Shown here: piece by piece, positions 1 through 7,824 of the stretch
How the letters are laid out: every line of letters starts with the position of its first letter
How positions within the stretch are numbered: the first letter of the stretch is position 1
Virus record (IMG/VR): IMGVR_UViG_3300047386_000036
Coordinates: 1-27,013 of that record
Direction: 5' to 3' (one strand)
Length of the DNA: 27,013 nucleotides
Source: a virus
Lineage: Duplodnaviria > Caudoviricetes
Program-made: the position numbers and the translations under genes
The notes under the pieces: generated by a model
The model's database searches: none
What the model was told of the DNA's origin: nothing
Seen by the model: the letters and a program-made list of their open reading frames with translations, nothing else

Positions 1-2261
1 TCTTTTCCTGATAAATACAAATCTCCAGAGTTAACCATAGACTGTATAAAGAGGTGCGTTCCGTTTGTATATATTGCTCCGAACTCAACTCCATTATCTT
101 TTAATTTAACATCCCCGCCATCGACATCAATATTTAAATCGCCACCAATGTCAAAAGTAAGATTTCCTGCATCTGTAATACTTGACCCATTAATAGTTAT
201 ATCATCAACAGTAAGTACACCAAATGTGCCTGTACCAGAAGACGTTACACCTGCGTTGGCTGTTAGAACTCCAGATACATCAACACCGCCACTTCCTATA
301 GTCATTCTAGTAGCATCAGCAGTTTGTAATTCAAGATTAAATGCCGTATCAGACCCTGCTCTCACTACATTTATTTCTGCTACTTGGTCGCTTGTTGCAC
401 CTGTATCAGATGCAGAAAAATGTATAGAAGGACCAAAGCCATTAGCCATATCCCCCGAACTTGTAGCTTTTAAATCTAAAATTTGTAAAGATGCGTTAGT
501 TGTAGCATGAGTTCTAGTAAAACTAGAAGCTCCGTTTGTGACTGATAAATGACTTCCAACAGTCAAAGTGCTTGCCATATCAACAGCACCATCAATGTCC
601 ACAACATCAAGGTTAGTCGTGCCGTCTACGTCTATGTCACCTGAGATGTCTAAAGAAGCTACTGTAGCTGTACCTGTAAGCGTAGGAGCAGTAAGTGATT
701 TGTTTGTAAGAGTTTGTGAGCCTGTAAGTGTTGCTACTGTACTATCTATTGCAAGAGTAACTGCATTACCTGTTGCAGAACTATCAAGACCTGTACCGCC
801 TGATACAGTCAATGTTTCAGAATCTAAATCAATAGCAATCGTTCCGCTATCTGTTGTAATGTCTAAGTCTTCTGCGGTTATTTGAGTATCTACATAGGCT
901 TTAATGGACTGCTGAGAAGCAATACCTGTAGCACTATTAGAAGACATATCATCTTCATCAAGAAAAGCTTTACCGTCAAGTATGTTAAGTTCTGCGGCTG
1001 TACTTGTAACACCATCAAGAATATTAAGTTCTGCTGTTGTTACTGTAGCCCCATCAAGAATATTAAGTTCTGCGGCTGTTGATGTAGTTGCTAGTGTAAC
1101 TGCACCGCTAGAGACGTTAAAGTCATCTGAGTTAAATGATGCAATACCTTTGTTAGATGTTGTAGCATCTTCACCAGTAATTGTAAGAGTATTACTAGAT
1201 GCTGAAGTATCAATACCTTCACCACCTGTAACTGTTAATGTTTCGCCGTCTAAGTCAATTGCAATAGTACCACTATCTGATACTAGGTCTAGGTCTTGTG
1301 CAGTGTCTTGTGCGTCTACGTAAGCTTTTACGGACTGTTGTGTTGGAATAAGTGTTGCTGAGTTAGAAGCCATGTTGTCTTCATCAACAAAAGCTGTAAC
1401 TGTAATAGTACCATCTGTGATACTACCATATGTTAAAGTGTTAATAGTAGTAGCGTTAATTGTACCGCCTTCTACTTTATCACCAGAAATTTGATTGTCT
1501 GCTAGTGTTAGTGTACCTGCTGAAACATCTAAAGTTTTACCAGAGCCTACAGTAATATTAGCGGCATCTATCGTACCACCGTTAATGTCTGCTGTATCAG
1601 CTACAAGGCTATCAATGTTTGCAGTGCCGTCAATATATAAGTTTCTCCACTGCTGTGTAGAGCTACCTAGGTCATATGTATCATCATCATCAGGAATAAT
1701 ATTAGAGTCTACATCAGCACCAAATACAACATTGTCAGTAGCCGAATCACCCATAGTGATTGTTCCACCGTTAAATGTAGTTGTACCTGTTACTGTAAGA
1801 TTACCGCCAACACCTAAGTTACCAGAAATATCTGCGTTACCATTTATATCAATAGTTGTAGCGGCTATCTGGACTTCGGTATCGGCTACTATATCGAGTT
1901 GTCCATCAGTGCTAGAATTAATATAAATTGCTGTGTCTCTAAACTGTACCTTTTCTGTTGTTGTAAGTAATAGGTCATCTGAGAATTGGAAGTAATCTTC
2001 ATCTTCCATCCAACTTAAAACACCATCGTTAGAGTTAGCGTTAAAAGTAATTACAACATCGTTGTCTGTGTTAGTACCAAATACTAAAGAATTGCTAAAC
2101 AGATTTGAAATTGGTCCACCATCACCTGCGGTAGAACCATCATGAGTATGTCCTGTTGCTACGTTAAAAGCATTTACTAGTTGATTAAATTCGTTATTAA
2201 ATAGTGCCGCTGTAATTGTATCGCCATCACTAAACGAACTTTGTCTTACATAAGTAGCCAT
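1..2261 (-). CDS. Tail fibre/tail spike-like virion protein, truncated at the window edge (not in the ORF track)
   Basis: ATG at 2261 with GGAGAG RBS. My manual translation stays open to the window start (~753 aa: MATYVRQSSFSDGDTITAALFNNEFNQLVNAFNVATGHTHDG...). It is T/S/D/G-rich with internal repeats and lies directly after the tail tubular B gene. Confidence 0.85.
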   Translation of the reverse strand, partial: MATYVRQSSFSDGDTITAALFNNEFNQLVNAFNVATGHTHDGSTAGDGGPISNLFSNSLVFGTNTDNDVVITFNANSNDGVLSWMEDEDYFQFSDDLLLTTTEKVQFRDTAIYINSSTDGQLDIVADTEVQIAATTIDINGNADISGNLGVGGNLTVTGTTTFNGGTITMGDSATDNVVFGADVDSNIIPDDDDTYDLGSSTQQWRNLYIDGTANIDSLVADTADINGGTIDAANITVGSGKTLDVSAGTLTLADNQISGDKVEGGTINATTINTLTYGSITDGTITVTAFVDEDNMASNSATLIPTQQSVKAYVDAQDTAQDLDLVSDSGTIAIDLDGETLTVTGGEGIDTSASSNTLTITGEDATTSNKGIASFNSDDFNVSSGAVTLATTSTAAELNILDGATVTTAELNILDGVTSTAAELNILDGKAFLDEDDMSSNSATGIASQQSIKAYVDTQITAEDLDITTDSGTIAIDLDSETLTVSGGTGLDSSATGNAVTLAIDSTVATLTGSQTLTNKSLTAPTLTGTATVASLDISGDIDVDGTTNLDVVDIDGAVDMASTLTVGSHLSVTNGASSFTRTHATTNASLQILDLKATSSGDMANGFGPSIHFSASDTGATSDQVAEINVVRAGSDTAFNLELQTADATRMTIGSGGVDVSGVLTANAGVTSSGTGTFGVLTVDDITINGSSITDAGNLTFDIGGDLNIDVDGGDVKLKDNGVEFGAIYTNGTHLFIQSMVNSGDLYLSGK
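973..1089 (-). repeat. Three tandem 39-bp (13-aa) repeats, xTxTxAELNILDG, within the tail fibre
   Basis: ccrtcaag..t.ttaagttctgc recurs at 973, 1012 and 1051. Confidence 0.9.
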
Positions 2262-2273
2262 TGATTATCTCTC

Positions 2274-3875
2274 CTATTGTCTTCCTGATGGTCTATAATT
2301 TATATACAAACCGTTAATTGCATATGGTGCATTTGTATCTGAACTAAATATTTTAAAAAAGTTACTGTGTCCACTACCTGTTAAAGATTGCCTTACAAGA
2401 GGCTGTTCTGTTGCACCAAACTTTTGAGAACCAAATAAAGCTAATCCAAATATAGCAGGTTCTGGTATTTCTGTTAATACTACGTCAGCAGGTTGTGGAG
2501 TGTCTAAACTGTCGTAATCAAATCTAACTCTTAGTGTTGGCTGTGCATCTCCTTCTGGAGTAAATGCAATTTTAGCATAATCTAAAGTTTTAAGAGTCCC
2601 TAAGTCTCCATAATCATAATCTGGAGATTGATACTCTGCTTCAATGTTTGCACCATTAAAACTATTACCTGTATTATGATTAAAGATTTTACCATCTCTA
2701 TCACCATGATAAACTCTTTCTAATCCTGTACTATCAAATCCAGATGTAATAGCAGGTGCTTGGATTCCTAATGTTTCTGACCATTCAAATCCTTGTGGTC
2801 TAAGTGTTCCTATAATACCTTTTGAAGTTGCTGTTGTATCTGTAGCTGTACTATAAAACATTCTGTATTGTGACTTGTCTCTAAGTACAACACTACTAAA
2901 TTGTAATGTATTAGCGGCGGCGGCTATGTCATTAATTAAAGGCTGTATAGCCTGACTAATTGTACCTAACTCAACGTCACCAATTCTTGATGTACCAGCA
3001 ACTGTTCTGAATCCATCAGGTGCTAAAAATATTAAGTCACCAGCAATCTCTTGGATTGTTTGACCATCTAAGCAACCTACATTTTTAGTAACAGGAACTA
3101 CAGCAGTCGTAGACGCATTATTTATATTTTGTAATTTAAATATTGAGTTTTGACAAAATATAAATAATTCGTTACGGAAACTTTTAAGACCTACTACCTT
3201 GTCTTCTAATGTTACACTACCTGAACCTGAACCACTAAAACTATCTATATCATTTGTACTACTATAATAAATAGTGTTAGGTGTAGAAGGGTCTCCTGCA
3301 ACAACTAAATGTTGGTCATGTATTGTACAAAACTTTGCAGTAGTAGAACCACTAATAGTTATTTGACTTGCAAAGTAAGTTCTAGCATTTATGTTTGCAG
3401 ATGTACCTGTCATTTTAAATAAGAAAGGTTTGTTATTACCACTCTTATCTGTTATAACTACTTCACCGTAAGTTGATGTACCTTCAAATACAGCAAACTC
3501 ACACTGGTCTACACCGCTAAGTACTAACTCACTTCTTCCTGTAAATGCAGAATAATTATCTCCACTAGAATCAACACTAGCTTTATTAAGTTGTAGCCAA
3601 GCATTATCTCCGTCTTGACTAAAAAATATATCATCACCTACAACGGCTATTACACCATCAGCATATACTAACAAACCTTCTACATCATTAGTAGTATTAG
3701 GTAGCGTATCACCAAACAAACTAAATCCGTTTATTCTACGATAACCACCTTCAGTAGATACTTCAAAGTTTCTTAACTTAGTAGCAACTCCTGGGGTTTG
3801 TAGTAACGCTAAAGAGTTAGTAGACTTATTAAGTCCACCTCCTAACGGTACGGAAAAAGGTTGAGAACCTGCCAT
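2274..3875 (-). CDS. Tail tubular protein B / nozzle-like (beta-propeller-type) protein
   Basis: 533 aa with N-terminal GGLN, NFE...GGYRRING and VGC motifs typical of podovirus nozzle proteins; follows tubular A. Confidence 0.7.
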   Translation of the reverse strand: MAGSQPFSVPLGGGLNKSTNSLALLQTPGVATKLRNFEVSTEGGYRRINGFSLFGDTLPNTTNDVEGLLVYADGVIAVVGDDIFFSQDGDNAWLQLNKASVDSSGDNYSAFTGRSELVLSGVDQCEFAVFEGTSTYGEVVITDKSGNNKPFLFKMTGTSANINARTYFASQITISGSTTAKFCTIHDQHLVVAGDPSTPNTIYYSSTNDIDSFSGSGSGSVTLEDKVVGLKSFRNELFIFCQNSIFKLQNINNASTTAVVPVTKNVGCLDGQTIQEIAGDLIFLAPDGFRTVAGTSRIGDVELGTISQAIQPLINDIAAAANTLQFSSVVLRDKSQYRMFYSTATDTTATSKGIIGTLRPQGFEWSETLGIQAPAITSGFDSTGLERVYHGDRDGKIFNHNTGNSFNGANIEAEYQSPDYDYGDLGTLKTLDYAKIAFTPEGDAQPTLRVRFDYDSLDTPQPADVVLTEIPEPAIFGLALFGSQKFGATEQPLVRQSLTGSGHSNFFKIFSSDTNAPYAINGLYINYRPSGRQ

Positions 3876-4649
3876 TTAGAAATAAGTCCTGTCATCTGAC
3901 ATATAAGTAGGTGCAGGATTAATCAAATTAGATTTCATAGTCCTCATATTCTTTTTATATTCGTCAAGTGCGAAAGAAGCTTGTTGTAGATTTTCTTTAA
4001 ATTGATGTACATAATATCTTGTACGTGCTGTTATTACATTACTATATTGTTCTGGCATAGTAATCGCATCATTATATGCTGACAATGATGTAGGCTTTTC
4101 AAAAGCATAAAAGTGTACGTTATACACTTTATCAGGTATTGGACTTAATCCAAACTTTCTATGGTCTGGGCTTTTAATAACATATCTTGGTTCACCATGA
4201 GAAGCATCTGAACCATTTGCATCATCTGCATTTTCACTATCTCTATAATATTGCTTCCAATCAGATAGTGTTAAAAATTTTAATCCTTTAGAAACGTAAG
4301 GAGTTGTTTCTCCACTTACATTTATTGTTGTTAAATAAAAATCATCCCAATCTACTGAAGAGTAGTCGGTTGTAATATTTGAACTACCACTTTTCAAAGT
4401 ATACCATCTTGTTCCTGCTGTTGTAGCTACAGTTACATTACCATAAAAAGGGTCTGTACCCCCACTAACTCCTGCTGAAAAAAAAGGTAGTTGTGGTTCT
4501 TGATTTGCTATATCAAATATAGATTTATTAATAGCATCTTTTACAAATGCTTGAATACCTGTTGCACTTTCAAAAGTACCAGAAGTTAAGACAACTTCAT
4601 TAAGTTCTCTCAATACTTCATTACTTAAATCTAAATATGTACTAGCCAT
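3876..4649 (-). CDS. Tail tubular protein A / head-tail adaptor
   Basis: 257 aa with the N-terminal TYLDLSNEVLREL motif and SPIPDKVY, typical of adaptor proteins; lies between capsid and nozzle genes. Confidence 0.7.
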   Translation of the reverse strand: MASTYLDLSNEVLRELNEVVLTSGTFESATGIQAFVKDAINKSIFDIANQEPQLPFFSAGVSGGTDPFYGNVTVATTAGTRWYTLKSGSSNITTDYSSVDWDDFYLTTINVSGETTPYVSKGLKFLTLSDWKQYYRDSENADDANGSDASHGEPRYVIKSPDHRKFGLSPIPDKVYNVHFYAFEKPTSLSAYNDAITMPEQYSNVITARTRYYVHQFKENLQQASFALDEYKKNMRTMKSNLINPAPTYMSDDRTYF

Positions 4650-4822
4650 TATTTTTTACCTTTAGCCTTTAGCTTTGCTTTTTTACTTAAATCTTTAAAA
4701 TGAAAAAGTTTTACGCTGGTCTTACTGTGTGTTTTGCCAGAATGTAAATCTCCGTTAGGCATTTTGTGTGAACCGCCTTTATGTTCAGTGCCGTCTTTTT
4801 TATAATGTTTTACGCCTTTCAT
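4649..4822 (-). CDS. Small basic His/Lys-rich hypothetical protein (57 aa)
   Basis: Manual translation MKGVKHYKKDGTEHKGGSHKMPNGDLHSGKTHSKTSVKLFHFKDLSKKAKLKAKGKK. Its stop overlaps the next start (TAATG). Confidence 0.75.
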   Translation of the reverse strand: MKGVKHYKKDGTEHKGGSHKMPNGDLHSGKTHSKTSVKLFHFKDLSKKAKLKAKGKK

Positions 4823-4824
4823 TA

Positions 4825-4983
4825 TTAATTAGCCTTTGCTTTAGGTGTTCCTTTATAAACAGGTTGACATCCATCCATTTTAACTTCTCCACCACTCATA
4901 TAATTTACACGTCCACCAGACATCATTTTCTTTTTAGCCATACCACCATACATCATTTTCTTTTTTTTATCTTTACCATACAT
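4825..4983 (-). CDS. Small basic Met/Gly-rich peptide with three MxGG repeats (52 aa)
   Basis: Manual translation MYGKDKKKKMMYGGMAKKKMMSGGRVNYMSGGEVKMDGCQPVYKGTPKAKAN; AAGGA RBS upstream. Confidence 0.75.
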   Translation of the reverse strand: MYGKDKKKKMMYGGMAKKKMMSGGRVNYMSGGEVKMDGCQPVYKGTPKAKAN

Positions 4984-4999
4984 TATAATTATTTCCTTT

Positions 5000-5030
5000 A
5001 AAAAGTGGAGAGGTCCGTGAAGACCCCTCC
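5000..5030 (-). terminator. Rho-independent terminator after the major capsid gene
   Basis: Minus strand GGAGGGGTCT-TCAC-GGACCTCTCC followed by ACTTTTT, 10 nt after the capsid stop. Confidence 0.85.
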
Positions 5031-5040
5031 GAGTTTGACA

Positions 5041-6015
5041 TTAGTCAATTACGTAGAATGCACTACATAGGGCATCATCTCTAAGTACTTTCGCACCATA
5101 GACATGAAGACCACGCACAATATCACCAAACGATGTTGGGTCTCTCAACACTTCAGTTGAAAGAATTGTGTTTGCAGTAGCCGTAGAACTCATATGTCCA
5201 GCCATAACTTTACCAGTCGCATTAGACGTAGCGGCAATGTTATTAGACTTGTACATGTCGAATCCACGTAGCTTTCCACTAGAAACTAAACCGTTTCTGA
5301 TTGAGCCTTGACCTGCGTTGAAGTCAACAGATAGCATTTTAGAGCCAGATTGTGACAACTCTTCATAGAATGAAGGAGGTGCAACAAACCAACGACCTTC
5401 TTCAGGTACGTTTTGGTCATCTAATAGTCTAGCCATTCTAGCCATTAGGTCAATAGCATCTACACCAGTTCCATCTGAACCAAGTAGGTCTACAGAGTTA
5501 GTTGCGTGAGTCATAGTAGCATCAGCAGTAGCACTGTCAGAACCAATAATATGGTCAGGGGATGAAGCAGAACAACCAGCAAACATAGTAGCTAGTACAG
5601 CCGCATCGTATGCATCTTTAAGAGCATAAGCCGCAGAGCTTGAAGCTACTTCTTTGAAGTTAACATGTGACATATTGCTTTCGATATCATCTACGATGAA
5701 TTTAAAAGCTTTAGCACTGTCAACAACCAAAGAAATTTCTTGGTCGGTTAGTTTTGTGTCAGTAGTGTCAGAACCACGAGTGTAGTCTGATACTGAAATG
5801 ACAGGTTCTTTAATAATCTTTACAGAGTCTCCGAAAGAGGAAATTTCACCAGCATAATCTGTGTTGGTGATAGCTTCTACAACCGAGGCTTTTCTGAAAA
5901 AGTTTAAAACCTTTTTAGAGTAAACCGAAGGTAAGAAGAAACTATTAGTTTGTCCACTTACGGAGTTTGCAAAGTTAGCATTTGTATCTGTTGAGGGTTC
6001 AAAAAATTGAGCCAT
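5041..6015 (-). CDS. Major capsid protein (HK97 fold, T7/P22-like podovirus)
   Basis: 324 aa with FLPSVYSKKVL, GDSVKI, VPEEGRWFVAPP and DIVRGLHVYGAKV motifs; strong AAGGAG RBS; follows the scaffold gene and is followed by a terminator. Confidence 0.92.
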   Translation of the reverse strand: MAQFFEPSTDTNANFANSVSGQTNSFFLPSVYSKKVLNFFRKASVVEAITNTDYAGEISSFGDSVKIIKEPVISVSDYTRGSDTTDTKLTDQEISLVVDSAKAFKFIVDDIESNMSHVNFKEVASSSAAYALKDAYDAAVLATMFAGCSASSPDHIIGSDSATADATMTHATNSVDLLGSDGTGVDAIDLMARMARLLDDQNVPEEGRWFVAPPSFYEELSQSGSKMLSVDFNAGQGSIRNGLVSSGKLRGFDMYKSNNIAATSNATGKVMAGHMSSTATANTILSTEVLRDPTSFGDIVRGLHVYGAKVLRDDALCSAFYVID

Positions 6016-6043
6016 GATACTTCTCCTTTAAGTTAATTATAGT

Positions 6044-6922
6044 TTATTTCGAGATTCTGCCTTCTTGCATAGCATCTGATATTTCCTTTTCGTATTTATC
6101 AAATTCTGCCATACTCATAGACGCAATCTCCCTTTCTGACCAAATTTTCTCAGAAGTAGGCTCTACACTAGTTGTTTTAGTAGAAACCATATCTGCCGCA
6201 GATTGTCTGGTCGGTTTTTTAGAAGATGGCTTAGTCTTTGGAACATCAATACCAATATCTTTTTTAAACAAATCAAGAGCACGTGAAGCTAAATCAGCAT
6301 CGTCATTGTTGTCATATATCCATGCTTGAATAGATGAGTGTTGTTCTTTTGCCCATTCATGAAAGTCATCACTGTTTCTAATATCTTCAAAATCAGGATG
6401 TCTATCCATCAACCTTTTTTCTGCATCTTGTCGTACTAAATCGTTTTCACGTTCTTGGAGTTTACTAAGGCGTTCTTCTAGAACTTTTGCTTTAGATTCA
6501 CTTTGCATATGAGCAACGGTTTCTACAACTTCATACACATCAGGATAGTCTGTCTTAAACTTTTCAAGTTCTTCTGGGGATTTAGGTGCTCTATACTCAG
6601 GTTGTTTAACTTGATTTAGCAGTTCTTCTTCCCTAGACTTAAATTCATTAAGCTTACTATCGTAATGTTTTTTTAAATCATCATAGCGTTTTTTGTAGTC
6701 TGGCTTCTTGTAAGGGGTTTCCTTTTTTGATTCCAGTTCCTCTCTATTAACACTTCCTTCATTACCAATTTCAGTTACGTCATCGCTTTTAAAAAGTTTA
6801 TTTTGAGGGTCTTCAAAATACATACTATTAGATGATACAAAAGGTTTATCATCACTATTGTGCCAATCTTTTTTTGCATTATAAGGATTTGGCGTTTGTT
6901 CTTTTTGGACTGTATTAGTCAT
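6044..6922 (-). CDS. Capsid scaffolding protein
   Basis: 292 aa, highly charged and helical (DYKKRYDDLKKHYD), C-terminal AMQEGRI; directly upstream of the capsid gene. Confidence 0.75.
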   Translation of the reverse strand: MTNTVQKEQTPNPYNAKKDWHNSDDKPFVSSNSMYFEDPQNKLFKSDDVTEIGNEGSVNREELESKKETPYKKPDYKKRYDDLKKHYDSKLNEFKSREEELLNQVKQPEYRAPKSPEELEKFKTDYPDVYEVVETVAHMQSESKAKVLEERLSKLQERENDLVRQDAEKRLMDRHPDFEDIRNSDDFHEWAKEQHSSIQAWIYDNNDDADLASRALDLFKKDIGIDVPKTKPSSKKPTRQSAADMVSTKTTSVEPTSEKIWSEREIASMSMAEFDKYEKEISDAMQEGRISK

Positions 6923-6937
6923 CTTCTTCTCCTAATC

Positions 6938-7043
6938 AGGGCTTCGTTTACAAGGTAGCTCTATGTCGACTAGAGGGCTTGTATGTAAAGGTCGCCTTTC
7001 GGGTTTTTAAAATAATAAAGTGCCTATAAATAGGGTGGCTTTA
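6938..7043 (-). promoter_or_regulatory. Structured 5' leader of the scaffold gene (putative cis-regulatory RNA)
   Basis: Two stem-loops containing three G-CNAC-C / G-CM-C internal loops, ending just before the AGGAG SD. Confidence 0.65.
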
Positions 7044-7598
7044 TCGTTGTCTTAATCTTGGATTAGCTGATAACATACCCTTACGGATTTCGTTATTTAC
7101 TATATCTTCCTCAACGGGTTTCCCTAAAGGGTCAACATCTCGTCTTTGGTCAACTAGCATTCCACCAATATTAAGATTTTGCCTTTCATCTGCTTTAGCT
7201 TCAGCATCTTTCATCATAGACATTAAAGTGTCTTCTCCGATTTCTTCTACAGCTTTAGCAGTAAAGACAAATTCACCGTCAGATAACCTTGCAGGTATAC
7301 TGTCGGAGACTCCTGTTCCTGGTCCTTCTACAGAACCAGAACCAGCAAATTCTTGTGCTACTCCTACTACTTTATCAAAAAGTGTTTGTAGTTCGTTATC
7401 TTGTTCTAGTTTTGACATTAACATATCTTGTTCTTCTTCAGATAATGCTTCATCTAATATAAAATCTGTATGGTCTTCTTCCATATCTTCGTCAGATACT
7501 AACTGAGGTTGAGCAGGAATAATAGCTATACCGACATCACCACCCATGTCATAGTTGTCTCTGTCATCTGTTAGCATTCCTTTCTTTTTACTATACAT
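7041..7598 (-). CDS. Acidic head-module protein with a GPGTGxSDSIPARLSxGEFV domain
   Basis: 185 aa; I recognise the motif from phage tape-measure/internal virion proteins; lies between portal and scaffold. Confidence 0.75.
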   Translation of the reverse strand: MYSKKKGMLTDDRDNYDMGGDVGIAIIPAQPQLVSDEDMEEDHTDFILDEALSEEEQDMLMSKLEQDNELQTLFDKVVGVAQEFAGSGSVEGPGTGVSDSIPARLSDGEFVFTAKAVEEIGEDTLMSMMKDAEAKADERQNLNIGGMLVDQRRDVDPLGKPVEEDIVNNEIRKGMLSANPRLRQR

Positions 7599-7824
7599 TT
7601 TCTTCTCTCCTAGTTAGTGCTTCTTTAACCTGTAGGTCCAACTGCTCTAGGCGTACCAGAGAACTCATCTTCCCCTGCAACCGGAACATTTCCTGTTCCG
7701 ATGTTGCCACCACCAGTGCCTGTAGGTCCAAGGTTTTGAGGTTGTTGAGGTGCTCCTTGAAGTCCTCCCATTGGGGACTGTTGACTATTGGGTTGAGCTT
7801 CTTCGCCATTTGTTTGTCCAGCAT
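7591..7824 (-). CDS. Small conserved-type protein downstream of the portal, overlapping the portal 3' end
   Basis: 77 aa with a ...QEMFRLQGK... helical motif common in the small gene after podovirus portals. Its stop overlaps the next start. Confidence 0.65.
   Translation of the reverse strand: MLDKQMAKKLNPIVNSPQWEDFKEHLNNLKTLDLQALVVATSEQEMFRLQGKMSSLVRLEQLDLQVKEALTRREENV

Noticed and set aside
148-1926. Plus-strand ORFs (148-510, 568-885, 882-1082, 982-1323, 1495-1926)
   Set aside because: Antisense shadows of the long minus-strand tail fibre frame, with S/V/P-biased translations.
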